Shown here in pieces: positions 11,400 through 27,400 of a stretch of DNA of 64,000 nucleotides (position 1 is its first letter; every line of letters starts with the position of its first letter). The notes under the pieces were generated by a model. The model saw only the letters and a list, made by a program, of their open reading frames with translations. It had not been told where the DNA came from and did not search any database. Both the position numbers and the translations under genes were made by a program. The DNA is taken from contig OZ176051.1 of the NCBI GenBank assembly GCA_964247055.1, positions 372,001 through 436,000 of the forward strand, written 5' to 3'. Origin of the DNA: Paragordius varius (Eukaryota; Animalia; Nematomorpha).

Positions 11400-14300
11400 C
11401 CTAAAATCCAAATTTGATCAGGTGATGTCATTATAATTTTTTTAGGTAGCCCTATGGTAGTTCCATCATCACCCCAATAATTTTGGGGATCGGATTATAA
11501 ATGTAATTTTTATGAATTTTTTAAATATTTAAAAAATTTATTTTATACGATTTTAAAAATAAAAATGGCTACCTAAAATCCAAATTTGATCAGGTGATGT
11601 CGCCATAATTTTTTTTAGGTAGCCCTATAGTAGTTCCATCATCACCCCAAATATTTTTGAGATCGGAGTATAAATGTAATTTTTATGAATTTTTTAAATA
11701 TTTAAAAAATTTATTTTTACGATTTTAAAAATAAAAATGGCTACCTAAAATCCAAATTGATCAGGTGATGTCACCATAATTTTTTTTGGGTAGCCCTATG
11801 GTAGTTCCATCATCACCCCAAATACTTTGGGGATCGGACTATAAATGTAATTTTTATGAATTTTTTAAATATTTAAAAAATTTATTTTATACGATTTTAA
11901 AAATAAAAATGGCTACCTAAAATCCAAATTTGATCAGATGATGTCACCATAATTTTTTTTGGGTAGCCCTATGGTAGTTCCATCATAACCCCAAATATTT
12001 TTGAGATCGGACTTTAAATGTAATTTTTATGAATTTTTTAAATATTTAAAAAATTTATTTTATACGATTTTAAAAATAAAAATGGCTACCTAAAATCCAA
12101 ATTTGATCAGGTGATGTCACCATAATTTTTATTTAGTAGCCCTATGGTAGTTCCATCATCACCCCGAATATTTTGGGGATCGGACGATAAATGTAATTTT
12201 TATGAATTTTTTAAATATTTAAAAAATTTATTTTATACGATTTTAAAATAAAAATGGCTACCTAAAATCCAAATTTGATCAGGTGATGTCACTATAATTT
12301 TTTTGGGTAGCCCTATGGTAGTTCCATCATCACCCCAAATATTTTTGAGATCGGAGTATAAATGTAATTTTTATGAATTTTTTAAATATTTAAAAAATTT
12401 ATTTTATACGATTTTAAAAATAAAAATGGCTACCTAAAATCCAAATTTGATCAGGTGATGTCACCATAATTTTTTTTGGGTAGCCCTATGGTAGTTCCAT
12501 CATAACCCCAAATATTTTTGAGATCGGACTTTAAATGTAATTTTTATGAATTTTTTAAATATTTAAAAAATTTATTTTATACGATTTTAAAAATAAAAAT
12601 GGCTACCTAAAATCCAAATTTGATCAGGTGATGTCACCATAATTTTTTTTGGGTAGCCCTATGGTAGTTCCATCATAACCCCAAATATTTTTGAGATCGG
12701 ACTTTAAATGTAATTTTTATGAATTTTTTAAATATTTAAAAAATTTATTTTATACGATTTTAAAAATAAAACTGGCTACCTAAAATCCAAATTTGATCAG
12801 GTGATGTCACCATAATTTTTTTTGGGTAGCCCTATGGTATTATCACCCCAAATATTTTCGAGATCGGAGTATAAATGTAATTTTTATGAATTTTTTAAAT
12901 ATTTAAAAAATTTATTTTATACGATTTTAAAAATAAAAATGGCTACCTAAAATCCAAATTTGATCAGGTGATGTCACCATAATTTTTTTTGGGTAGCCCT
13001 ATGGTAGTTCCATCATAACCCCAAATATTTTTGAGATCGGACTTTAAATGTAATTTTTATGAATTTTTTAAATATTTAAAAAATTTATTTTATACGATTT
13101 TAAAAATAAAAATGGCTACCTAAAATCCAAATTTGATCAGGTGATGTCACCATAATTTTTTTTGGGTAGCCCTATGGTAGTTCCATCATCACCCCAAATA
13201 TTGTCGAGATCGGAGTATAAATGTAATTTTTTTGAATTTTTTAAATATTTAAAAAATTTATTTTATACGATTTTAAAAATAAAAATGGCTACCTAAAATC
13301 CAAATTTGATCAGGTGATGTCACCATAATTTTTTTTGGGTAGCCCTATGGTAGTTCCATCATCACCCCAAATATTTTCGAGATCGGAGTATAAATGTAAT
13401 TTTTATGAATTTTTTAAATATTTAAAAAATTTATTTTATACGATTTTAAAAATAAAAATGGCTACCTAAAATCCAAATTTGATTAGGTGATGTCGCCATA
13501 ATTTTTTTGGGTAGCCCTATGGTAGTTCCATCATCACCCCAAATACTTTGGGGATCGGACTATAAATGTAATTTTTATGAATTTTTTAAATATTTAAAAA
13601 ATTTATTTTATACGATTTTAAAAATAAAAATGGCTACCTAAAATCCAAATTTGATCAGGTGATGTCACCATAATTTTTTTTGGGTAGCCCTATGGTAGTT
13701 CCATCATCACCCCAATAATTTTCGAGATCGGAGTATAAATGTAATTTTTATAAACTTTTCAAATATTTAAAAAATTTATTTTATAAGATTTTAAAAATAA
13801 AAATGGCTACCTAAAATCCAAATTTGATCAGGTGATGTCACCATAATTTATTTGGGTAGCCCTATGGTAGTTCCATCATCACCCCAAATATTTTGGGGAT
13901 CGGACTATAAATGTAATTTTTCTGAATTTTTTAAATATTTAAAAAATTTATTTTATACGATTTTAAAAATAAAAATGGCTACCTAAAATCCAAATTTGAT
14001 CAGGTGATGTCGCCATAATTTTTTTTGGGTAGCCCTATGGTAGTTCCATCATCACCCCAAATACTTTGGGGATCGGACTATAAATGTAATTTTTATGAAT
14101 TTTTTAAATATTTAAAAAATTTATTTTATACGATTTTAAAAATAAAAATGGCTACCTAAAATCCAAATTTGATCAGGTGATGTCACCATAATTTTTTTTG
14201 GGTAGCCCTATGGTAGTTCCATCATCACCTAAAATATTTTCGAGATCGGAGTATAAATGTAATTTTTATGAATTTTTTAAATATTTAAAAAATTTATTTT

Positions 14301-17300
14301 ATACGATTTTAAAAATAAAAATGGCTACCTAAAATCCAAATTTGATCAGGTGATGTCGCCATAATTTTTTTTGGGTAGCCCCATGGTAGTTCCATAATCA
14401 CCCCAAATATTTTTGAGATCGGACTGTAAATGTAATTTTTATGAATTTTTTAAATATTTAAAAAATTTATTTTATACGATTTTAAAAATAAAAATGGCTA
14501 CCTAAAATCCAAATTTGATCAGGTGATGTCACCATAATTTTTTTTGGGTAGCCCTATGGTAGTTCCATCATAACCCCAAATATTTTTGAGATCGGACTTT
14601 AAATGTAATTTTTAAGAATTTTTTAAATATTTAAAAAATTTATTTTATACGCTTTTAAAAATAAAAATGGCTACCTAAAATCCAAATTTGATCAGGTGAT
14701 GTCACCATAATTTTTTTTGGGTAGCCCTATGGTAGTTCCATCATAACCCCAAATATTTTTGAGATCGGACTTTAAATGTAATTTTTATGAATTTTTTAAA
14801 TATTTAAAAAATTTATTTTATACGATTTTAAAAATAAAAATGGCTACCTAAAATCCAAATTTGATCAGGTGATGTCACCATAATTTTTTTTGGGTAGCCC
14901 TATGGTAGTTCCATCATAACCCCAAATATTTTTGAGATCGGACTTTAAATGTAATTTTTATGAATTTTTTAAATATTTAAAAAATTTATTTTATACGATT
15001 TTAAAAATAAAAATGGCTACCTAAAATCCAAATTTGATCAGGTGATGTCATTATAATTTTTTTAGGTAGCCCTATGGTAGTTCCATCATCACCCCAATAA
15101 TTTTGGGGATCGGATTATAAATGTAATTTTTATGAATTTTTTAAATATTTAAAAAATTTATTTTATACGATTTTAAAAATAAAAATGGCTACCTAAAATC
15201 CAAATTTGATCAGGTGATGTCGCCATAATTTTTTTTAGGTAGCCCTATAGTAGTTCCATCATCACCCCAAATATTTTTGAGATCGGAGTATAAATGTAAT
15301 TTTTATGAATTTTTTAAATATTTAAAAAATTTATTTTTACGATTTTAAAAATAAAAATGGCTACCTAAAATCCAAATTGATCAGGTGATGTCACCATAAT
15401 TTTTTTTGGGTAGCCCTATGGTAGTTCCATCATCACCCCAAATACTTTGGGGATCGGACTATAAATGTAATTTTTATGAATTTTTTAAATATTTAAAAAA
15501 TTTATTTTATACGATTTTAAAAATAAAAATGGCTACCTAAAATCCAAATTTGATCAGATGATGTCACCATAATTTTTTTTGGGTAGCCCTATGGTAGTTC
15601 CATCATAACCCCAAATATTTTTGAGATCGGACTTTAAATGTAATTTTTATGAATTTTTTAAATATTTAAAATTTTATTTTATACGATTTTAAAAATAAAA
15701 ATGGCTACCTAAAATCCAAATTGATCAGGTGATGTCACCATAATTTTTTTTGGGTAGCCCTATGGTAGTTCCATCATCACCCCAAATACTTTGGGGATCG
15801 GACTATAAATGTAATTTTTATGAATTTTTTAAATATTTAAAAAATTTATTTTATACGATTTTAAAAATAAAAATGGCTACCTAAAATCCAAATTTGATCA
15901 GGTGATGTCGCCATAATTTTTTTTAGGTAGCCCTATAGTAGTTCCATCATCACCCCAAATATTTTTGAGATCGGAGTATAAATGTAATTTTTATGAATTT
16001 TTTAAATATTTAAAAAATTTATTTTTACGATTTTAAAAATAAAAATGGCTACCTAAAATCCAAATTGATCAGGTGATGTCACCATAATTTTTTTTGGGTA
16101 GCCCTATGGTAGTTCCATCATCACCCCAAATACTTTGGGGATCGGACTATAAATGTAATTTTTATGAATTTTTTAAATATTTAAAAAATTTATTTTATAC
16201 GATTTTAAAAATAAAAATGGCTACCTAAAATCCAAATTTGATCAGATGATGTCACCATAATTTTTATTTAGTAGCCCTATGGTAGTTCCATCATCACCCC
16301 AAATATTTTGGGGATCGGACGATAAATGTAATTTTTATGAATTTTTTAAATATTTAAAAAATTTATTTTATACGATTTTAAAATAAAAATGGCTACCTAA
16401 AATCCAAATTTGATCAGGTGATGTCACTATAATTTTTTTGGGTAGCCCTATGGTAGTTCCATCATCACCCCAAATATTTTTGAGATCGGAGTATAAATGT
16501 AATTTTTATGAATTTTTTAAATATTTAAAAAATTTATTTTATACGATTTTAAAAATAAAAATGGCTACCTAAAATCCAAATTTGATCAGGTGATGTCACC
16601 ATAATTTTTTTTGGGTAGCCCTATGGTAGTTCCATCATAACCCCAAATATTTTTGAGATCGGACTTTAAATGTAATTTTTAAGAATTTTTTAAATATTTA
16701 AAAAATTTATTTTATACGCTTTTAAAAATAAAAATGGCTACCTAAAATCCAAATTTGATCAGGTGATGTCACCATAATTTTTTTTGGGTAGCCCTATGGT
16801 AGTTCCATCATAACCCCAAATATTTTTGAGATCGGACTTTAAATGTAATTTTTATGAATTTTTTAAATATTTAAAAAATTTATTTTATACGATTTTAAAA
16901 ATAAAAATGGCTACCTAAAATCCAAATTTGATCAGGTGATGTCACCATAATTTTTTTTGGGTAGCCCTATGGTAGTTCCATCATAACCCCAAATATTTTT
17001 GAGATCGGACTTTAAATGTAATTTTTATGAATTTTTTAAATATTTAAAAAATTTATTTTATACGATTTTAAAAATAAAACTGGCTACCTAAAATCCAAAT
17101 TTGATCAGGTGATGTCACCATAATTTTTTTTGGGTAGCCCTATGGTATTATCACCCCAAATATTTTCGAGATCGGAGTATAAATGTAATTTTTATGAATT
17201 TTTTAAATATTTAAAAAATTTATTTTATACGATTTTAAAAATAAAAATGGCTACCTAAAATCCAAATTTGATCAGGTGATGTCACCATAATTTTTTTTGG

Positions 17301-20300
17301 GTAGCCCTATGGTAGTTCCATCATCACCCCAAATATTTTCGAGATCGGAGTATAAATGTAATTTTTATGAATTTTTTAAATATTTAAAAAATTTATTTTA
17401 TACGATTTTAAAAATAAAAATGGCTACCTAAAATCCAAATTTGATTAGGTGATGTCGCCATAATTTTTTTGGGTAGCCCTATGGTAGTTCCATCATCACC
17501 CCAAATACTTTGGGGATCGGACTATAAATGTAATTTTTATGAATTTTTTAAATATTTAAAAAATTTATTTTATACGATTTTAAAAATAAAAATGGCTACC
17601 TAAAATCCAAATTTGATCAGGTGATGTCACCATAATTTTTTTTGGGTAGCCCTATGGTAGTTCCATCATCACCCCAATAATTTTCGAGATCGGAGTATAA
17701 ATGTAATTTTTATAAACTTTTCAAATATTTAAAAAATTTATTTTATAAGATTTTAAAAATAAAAATGGCTACCTAAAATCCAAATTTGATCAGGTGATGT
17801 CACCATAATTTATTTGGGTAGCCCTATGGTAGTTCCATCATCACCCCAAATATTTTGGGGATCGGACTATAAATGTAATTTTTCTGAATTTTTTAAATAT
17901 TTAAAAAATTTATTTTATACGATTTTAAAAATAAAAATGGCTACCTAAAATCCAAATTTGATCAGGTGATGTCGCCATAATTTTTTTTGGGTAGCCCTAT
18001 GGTAGTTCCATCATCACCCCAAATACTTTGGGGATCGGACTATAAATGTAATTTTTATGAATTTTTTAAATATTTCAAAAATTTATTTTATACGATTTTA
18101 AAAATAAAAATGGCTACCTAAAATCCAAATTTGATCAGGTGATGTCACCATAATTTTTTTTGGGTAGCCCTATGGTAGTTCCATCATCACCTAAAATATT
18201 TTCGAGATCGGAGTATAAATGTAATTTTTATGAATTTTTTAAATATTTAAAAAATTTATTTTATACGATTTTAAAAATAAAAATGGCTACCTAAAATCCA
18301 AATTTGATCAGGTGATGTCGCCATAATTTTTTTTGGGTAGCCCCATGGTAGTTCCATAATCACCCCAAATATTTTTGAGATCGGACTGTAAATGTAATTT
18401 TTATGAATTTTTTAAATATTTAAAAAATTTATTTTATACGATTTTAAAAATAAAAATGGCTACCTAAAATCCAAATTTGATCAGGTGATGTCACCATAAT
18501 TTTTTTTGGGTAGCCCTATGGTAGTTCCATCATAACCCCAAATATTTTTGAGATCGGACTTTAAATGTAATTTTTAAGAATTTTTTAAATATTTAAAAAA
18601 TTTATTTTATACGCTTTTAAAAATAAAAATGGCTACCTAAAATCCAAATTTGATCAGGTGATGTCACCATAATTTTTTTTGGGTAGCCCTATGGTAGTTC
18701 CATCATAACCCCAAATATTTTTGAGATCGGACTTTAAATGTAATTTTTATGAATTTTTTAAATATTTAAAAAATTTATTTTATACGATTTTAAAAATAAA
18801 AATGGCTACCTAAAATCCAAATTTGATCAGGTGATGTCACCATAATTTTTTTTGGGTAGCCCTATGGTAGTTCCATCATAACCCCAAATATTTTTGAGAT
18901 CGGACTTTAAATGTAATTTTTATGAATTTTTTAAATATTTAAAAAATTTATTTTATACGATTTTAAAAATAAAACTGGCTACCTAAAATCCAAATTTGAT
19001 CAGGTGATGTCACCATAATTTTTTTTGGGTAGCCCTATGGTATTATCACCCCAAATATTTTCGAGATCGGAGTATAAATGTAATTTTTATGAATTTTTTA
19101 AATATTTAAAAAATTTATTTTATACGATTTTAAAAATAAAAATGGCTACCTAAAATCCAAATTTGATCAGGTGATGTCACCATAATTTTTTTTGGGTAGC
19201 CCTATGGTAGTTCCATCATAACCCCAAATATTTTTGAGATCGGACTTTAAATGTAATTTTTATGAATTTTTTAAATATTTAAAAAATTTATTTTATACGA
19301 TTTTAAAAATAAAAATGGCTACCTAAAATCCAAATTTGATCAGGTGATGTCACCATAATTTTTTTTGGGTAGCCCTATGGTAGTTCCATCATCACCCCAA
19401 ATATTGTCGAGATCGGAGTATAAATGTAATTTTTTTGAATTTTTTAAATATTTAAAAAATTTATTTTATACGATTTTAAAAATAAAAATGGCTACCTAAA
19501 ATCCAAATTTGATCAGGTGATGTCACCATAATTTTTTTTGGGTAGCCCTATGGTAGTTCCATCATCACCCCAAATATTTTCGAGATCGGAGTATAAATGT
19601 AATTTTTATGAATTTTTTAAATATTTAAAAAATTTATTTTATACGATTTTAAAAATAAAAATGGCTACCTAAAATCCAAATTTGATTAGGTGATGTCGCC
19701 ATAATTTTTTTGGGTAGCCCTATGGTAGTTCCATCATCACCCCAAATACTTTGGGGATCGGACTATAAATGTAATTTTTATGAATTTTTTAAATATTTAA
19801 AAAATTTATTTTATACGATTTTAAAAATAAAAATGGCTACCTAAAATCCAAATTTGATCAGGTGATGTCACCATAATTTTTTTTGGGTAGCCCTATGGTA
19901 GTTCCATCATCACCCCAATAATTTTCGAGATCGGAGTATAAATGTAATTTTTATAAACTTTTCAAATATTTAAAAAATTTATTTTATAAGATTTTAAAAA
20001 TAAAAATGGCTACCTAAAATCCAAATTTGATCAGGTGATGTCACCATAATTTATTTGGGTAGCCCTATGGTAGTTCCATCATCACCCCAAATATTTTGGG
20101 GATCGGACTATAAATGTAATTTTTCTGAATTTTTTAAATATTTAAAAAATTTATTTTATACGATTTTAAAAATAAAAATGGCTACCTAAAATCCAAATTT
20201 GATCAGGTGATGTCGCCATAATTTTTTTTGGGTAGCCCTATGGTAGTTCCATCATCACCCCAAATACTTTGGGGATCGGACTATAAATGTAATTTTTATG

Positions 20301-20700
20301 AATTTTTTAAATATTTAAAAAATTTATTTTATACGATTTTAAAAATAAAAATGGCTACCTAAAATCCAAATTTGATCAGGTGATGTCACCATAATTTTTT
20401 TTGGGTAGCCCTATGGTAGTTCCATCATCACCTAAAATATTTTCGAGATCGGAGTATAAATGTAATTTTTATGAATTTTTTAAATATTTAAAAAATTTAT
20501 TTTATACGATTTTAAAAATAAAAATGGCTACCTAAAATCCAAATTTGATCAGGTGATGTCGCCATAATTTTTTTTGGGTAGCCCCATGGTAGTTCCATAA
20601 TCACCCCAAATATTTTTGAGATCGGACTGTAAATGTAATTTTTATGAATTTTTTAAATATTTAAAAAATTTATTTTATACGATTTTAAAAAAAATGGCTA
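11400..20700 (+). repeat. Nested higher-order block: 11-/13-monomer units (1895/2241 bp) within 21-25-monomer-scale duplications
   Basis: AAACTGG plus a 6-bp deletion at 12772/17080/18975; GATTAGG at 13481/17443/19684; CACCTAAAA at 14230/18192/20433; CCCCAATAA at 11471/15091 (offset 3620). Confidence 0.8.
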
Positions 20701-21489
20701 CCTAAAATCCAAATTTGATCAGGTGATGTCGCCATAATTTTTCTTGGGTAGCCCTATGGTAGTTCCATCATCACCCCAAATATTTTGCGTATCGGACTAT
20801 AAATGTAATTTTTATGAATTTTTTAAATATTTAAAAAATTTATTTTATACGATTTTAAAAAAAATGGCTACCTAAAATCCAAATTTGATCAGGTGATGTC
20901 GCCATAATTTTTTTTGGGTAGCTTTATGGTAGTTCCATCATCACCCCAAATATTTTGGGGATCGGACTATAAATGTAATTTTTATGAATTTTTTAAATAT
21001 TTAAAAAATTTATTTTATACGATTTTAAAAATAAAAATGGCTACCTAAAATCCAAATTTGATCAGGTGATGTCACCATAATTTTTTTTGGGTAGCCCTAT
21101 GGTATTCCATCATCACCCCAAATATTTTCGAGATCGGAGTATAAATGTAATTTTTATGAATTTTTTAAATATTTAAAAAATTTATTTTATACGATTTTAA
21201 AAATAAAAATGGCTACCTAAAATCCAAATTTGATCAGGTGATGTCACCATAATTTTTTTTGGGTAGCCCTATGGTAGTTCCATCATAACCCCAAATATTT
21301 TTGAGATCGGACTTTAAATGTAATTTTTATGAATTTTTTAAATATTTAAAAAATTTATTTTATACGATTTTAAAAATAAAAATGGCTACCTAAAATCCAA
21401 ATTTGATCAGGTGATGTCACCATAATTTTTTTTGGGTAGCCCTATGGTAGTTCCATCATCACCCCAAATATTGTCGAGATCGGAGTTTA

Positions 21490-23900
21490 AATGTAATTTT
21501 TTTGAAATTTTTAAATATTTAAAAAATTTATTTTATACGATTTTAAAAATAAAAATGGCTACCTAAAATCCAAATTTGATCAGGTGATGTCACCATAATT
21601 TTTTTTGGGTAGCCCTATGGTAGTTCCATCATCACCCCAAATATTTTCGAGATCGGAGTATAAATGTAATTTTTATGAATTTTTTAAATATTTAAAAAAT
21701 TTATTTTATACGATTTTAAAAATAAAAATGGCTACCTAAAATCCAAATTTGATTAGGTGATGTCGCCATAATTTTTTTGGGTAGCCCTATGGTAGTTCCA
21801 TCATCACCCCAAATACTTTGGGGATCGGACTATAAATGTAATTTTTATGAATTATTTAAATATTTAAAAAATTTATTTTATACGATTTTAAAAATAAAAA
21901 TGGCTACCTAAAATCCAAATTTGATCAGGTGATGTCACCATAATTTTTTTTGGGTAGCCCTATGGTAGTTCCATCATCACCCCAAATATTTTCGAGATCG
22001 GAGTATAAATGTAATTTTTATAAACTTTTCAAATATTTAAAAAATTTATTTTATAAGATTTTAAAAATAAAAATGGCTACCTAAAATCCAAATTTGATCA
22101 GGTGATGTCACCATAATTTACTTGGGTAGCCCTATGGTAGTTCCATCATCACCCCAAATATTTTGGGGATCGGACTATAAATGTAATTTTTATGAATTTT
22201 TTAAATATTTAAAAAATTTATTTTATACGATTTTAAAAATAAAAATGGCTACCTAAAATCCAAATTTGATCAGGTGATGTCGCCATAATTTTTTTTGGGT
22301 AGCCCTATGGTAGTTCCATCATCACCCCAAATACTTTGGGGATCGGACTATAAATGTAATTTTTATGAATTTTTTAAATATTTAAAAAATTTATTTTATA
22401 CGATTTTAAAAATAAAAATGGCTACCTAAAATCCAAATTTGATCAGGTGATGTCGCCATAATTTTTTTTGGGTAGCCCCATGGTAGTTCCATAATCACCC
22501 CAAATATTTTTGAGATCGGACTGTAAATGTAATTTTTATGAATTTTTTAAATATTTAAAAAATTTATTTTATACGATTTTAAAAAAAATGGCTACCTAAA
22601 ATCCAAATTTGATCAGGTGATGTCGCCATAATTTTTTTTGGGTAGCCCCATGGTAGTTCCATAATCACCCCAAATATTTTTGAGATCGGACTGTAAATGT
22701 AATTTTTTTGAAATTTTTAAATATTTAAAAAATTTATTTTATACGATTTTAAAAATAAAAATGGCTACCTAAAATCCAAATTTGATCAGGTGATGTCACC
22801 ATAATTTTTTTTGGGTAGCCCTATGGTAGTTCCATCATCACCCCAAATATTTTCGAGATCGGAGTATAAATGTAATTTTTATGAATTTTTTAAATATTTA
22901 AAAAATTTATTTTATACGATTTTAAAAATAAAAATGGCTACCTAAAATCCAAATTTGATTAGGTGATGTCGCCATAATTTTTTTGGGTAGCCCTATGGTA
23001 GTTCCATCATCACCCCAAATACTTTGGGGATCGGACTATAAATGTAATTTTTATGAATTATTTAAATATTTAAAAAATTTATTTTATACGATTTTAAAAA
23101 TAAAAATGGCTACCTAAAATCCAAATTTGATCAGGTGATGTCACCATAATTTTTTTTGGGTAGCCCTATGGTAGTTCCATCATCACCCCAAATATTTTCG
23201 AGATCGGAGTATAAATGTAATTTTTATAAACTTTTCAAATATTTAAAAAATTTATTTTATAAGATTTTAAAAATAAAAATGGCTACCTAAAATCCAAATT
23301 TGATCAGGTGATGTCACCATAATTTACTTGGGTAGCCCTATGGTAGTTCCATCATCACCCCAAATATTTTGGGGATCGGACTATAAATGTAATTTTTATG
23401 AATTTTTTAAATATTTAAAAAATTTATTTTATACGATTTTAAAAATAAAAATGGCTACCTAAAATCCAAATTTGATCAGGTGATGTCGCCATAATTTTTT
23501 TTGGGTAGCCCTATGGTAGTTCCATCATCACCCCAAATACTTTGGGGATCGGACTATAAATGTAATTTTTATGAATTTTTTAAATATTTAAAAAATTTAT
23601 TTTATACGATTTTAAAAATAAAAATGGCTACCTAAAATCCAAATTTGATCAGGTGATGTCGCCATAATTTTTTTTGGGTAGCCCCATGGTAGTTCCATAA
23701 TCACCCCAAATATTTTTGAGATCGGACTGTAAATGTAATTTTTATGAATTTTTTAAATATTTAAAAAATTTATTTTATACGATTTTAAAAAAAATGGCTA
23801 CCTAAAATCCAAATTTGATCAGGTGATGTCGCCATAATTTTTTTTGGGTAGCCCCATGGTAGTTCCATAATCACCCCAAATATTTTTGAGATCGGACTGT
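21490..23900 (+). repeat. Two tandem copies of a 7-monomer unit (period 1206 bp)
   Basis: TTGAAATTT (21504/22710), GATTAGG (21751/22957), AATTATTTA (21854/23060) and TTTACTTGGG (22121/23327) are all offset by 1206. Confidence 0.92.
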
Positions 23901-24479
23901 AAATGTAATTTTTATGAATTTTTTAAATATTTAAAATATTTATTTTATACGATTTTAAAAATAAAAATGGCTACCTAAAATCCAAATTTGATCAGGTGAT
24001 GTCGCCATAATTTTTTTTGGGTAGCCCTATGGTAGTTCCATCATCACCCCAAATATTTTTGAGATCGGAGTATAAATGTAATTTTTATGATTTTTTTAAA
24101 TATTTAAAAAATTTATTTTATACGATTTTAAAAATAAAAATGGCTACCTAAAATCCAAATTTGATCAGGTGATGTCATTATAATTTATTTGGGTAGCCCT
24201 ATGGTAGTTCCATCATCACCCCAAATATTTTGGGGATCGGACTATAAATGTAATTTTTATGAATTTTTTAAATATTTAAAAAATTTATTTTATACGATTT
24301 TAAAAATAAAAATGGCTACCTAAAATCCAAATTTGATCAGGTGATGTCGCCATAATTTTTTTTGGGTAGCCCTATGGTAGTTCCATCATCACCCCAAATA
24401 CTTTGGGGATCGGACTATAAATGTAATTTTTATGAATTTTTTAAATATTTAAAAAATTTATTTTATACGATTTTAAAAA

Positions 24480-27400
24480 TAAAAATGGCTACCTAAAATC
24501 CAAATTTGATCAGGTGATGTCGCCATAATTTTTTTTGGGTAGCCCCATGGTAGTTCCATAATCACCCCAAATATTTTTGAGATCGGACTGTAAATGTAAT
24601 TTTTATGAATTTTTTAAATATTTAAAAAATTTATTTTATACGATTTTAAAAAAAATGGCTACCTAAAATCCAAATTTGATCAGGTGATGTCGCCATAATT
24701 TTTCTTGGGTAGCCCTATGGTAGTTCCATCATCACCCCAAATATTTTGCGGATCGGACTATAAATGTAATTTTTATGAATTTTTTAAATATTTAAAAAAT
24801 TTATTTTATACGATTTTAAAAAAAATGGCTACCTAAAATCCAAATTTGATCAGGTGATGTCGCCATAATTTTTTTTGGGTAGCTTTATGGTAGTTCCATC
24901 ATCACCCCAAATACTTTGGGGATCGGACTATAAATGTTATTTTTATGAATTTTTTAAATATTTAAAAAATTTATTTTATACGATTTTAAAAATAAAAATG
25001 GCTACCTAAAATCCAAATTTGATCAGGTGATGTCACCATAATTTTTTTTGGGTAGCCCTATGGTAGTTCCATCATCACCCCAAATATTTTCGAGATCGGA
25101 GTATAAATGTAATTTTTATAAATTTTTTAAATATTTAAAAAATTTATTTTATAAGATTTTAAAAATAAAAATGGCTACCTAAAATCCAAATTTGATCAGG
25201 TGATGTCGCCATAATTTTTTTTGGGTAGCCCCATGGTAGTTCCATAATCACCCCAAATATTTTTGAGATCGGACTGTAAATGTAATTTTTATGAATTTTT
25301 TAAATATTTAAAAAATTTATTTTATACGATTTTAAAAAAAATGGCTACCTAAAATCCAAATTTGATCAGGTGATGTCGCCATAATTTTTCTTGGGTAGCC
25401 CTATGGTAGTTCCATCATCACCCCAAATATTTTGCGGATCGGACTATAAATGTAATTTTTATGAATTTTTTAAATATTTAAAAAATTTATTTTATACGAT
25501 TTTAAAAAAAATGGCTACCTAAAATCCAAATTTGATCAGGTGATGTCGCCATAATTTTTTTTGGGTAGCTTTATGGTAGTTCCATCATCACCCCAAATAC
25601 TTTGGGGATCGGACTATAAATGTAATTTTTATGAATTTTTTAAATATTTAAAAAATTTATTTTATACGATTTTAAAAATAAAAATGGCTACCTAAAATCC
25701 AAATTTGATCAGGTGATGTCACCATAATTTTTTTTGGGTAGCCCTATGGTAGTTCCATCATCACCCCAAATATTTTCGAGATCGGAGTATAAATGTAATT
25801 TTTATAAATTTTTTAAATATTTAAAAAATTTATTTTATAAGATTTTAAAAATAAAAATGGCTACCTAAAATCCAAATTTGATCAGGTGATGTCGCCATAA
25901 TTTTTCTTGGGTAGCCCTATGGTAGTTCCATCATCACCCCAAATATTTTGCGGATCGGACTATAAATGTAATTTTTATGAATTTTTTAAATATTTAAAAA
26001 ATTTATTTTATACGATTTTAAAAAAAATGGCTACCTAAAATCCAAATTTGATCAGGTGATGTCGCCATAATTTTTTTTGGGTAGCTTTATGGTAGTTCCA
26101 TCATCACCCCAAATACTTTGGGGATCGGACTATAAATGTAATTTTTATGAATTTTTTAAATATTTAAAAAATTTATTTTATACGATTTTAAAAATAAAAA
26201 TGGCTACCTAAAATCCAAATTTGATCAGGTGATGTCACCATAATTTTTTTTGGGTAGCCCTATGGTAGTTCCATCATCACCCCAAATATTTTCGAGATCG
26301 GAGTATAAATGTAATTTTTATAAATTTTTTAAATATTTAAAAAATTTATTTTATAAGATTTTAAAAATAAAATGGCTACCTAAAATCCAAATTTGATCAG
26401 GTGATGTCGCCATAATTTTTTTTGGGTAGCCCCATGGTAGTTCCATAATCACCCCAAATATTTTTGAGATCGAACTGTAAATGTAATTTTTATGAATTTT
26501 TTAAATATTTAAAAAATTTATTTTATACGATTTTAAAAAAAATGGCTACCTAAAATCCAAATTTGATCAGGTGATGTCGCCATAATTTTTCTTGGGTAGC
26601 CCTATGGTAGTTCCATCATCACCCCAAATATTTTGCGGATCGGACTATAAATGTAATTTTTATGAATTTTTTAAATATTTAAAAAATTTATTTTATACGA
26701 TTTTAAAAAAAATGGCTACCTAAAATCCAAATTTGATCAGGTGATGTCGCCATAATTTTTTTTGGGTAGCTTTATGGTAGTTCCATCATCACCCCAAATA
26801 CTTTGGGGATCGGAATATAAATGTAATTTTTATGAATTTTTTAAATATTTAAAAAATTTATTTTATACGATTTTAAAAATAAAAATGGCTACCTAAAATC
26901 CAAATTTGATCAGGTGATGTCACCATAATTTTTTTTGGGTAGCCCTATGGTAGTTCCATCATCACCCCAAATATTTTCGAGATCGGAGTATAAATGTAAT
27001 TTTTATAAATTTTTTAAATATTTAAAAAATTTATTTTATAAGATTTTAAAAATAAAAATGGCTACCTAAAATCCAAATTTGATCAGGTGATGTCGCCATA
27101 ATTTTTCTTGGGTAGCCCTATGGTAGTTCCATCATCACCCCAAATATTTTGCGGATCGGACTATAAATGTAATTTTTATGAATTTTTTAAATATTTAAAA
27201 AATTTATTTTATACGATTTTAAAAAAAATGGCTACCTAAAATCCAAATTTGATCAGGTGATGTCGCCATAATTTTTTTTGGGTAGCTTTATGGTAGTTCC
27301 ATCATCACCCCAAATACTTTGGGGATCGGACTATAAATGTAATTTTTATGAATTTTTTAAATATTTAAAAAATTTATTTTATACGATTTTAAAAACAAAA

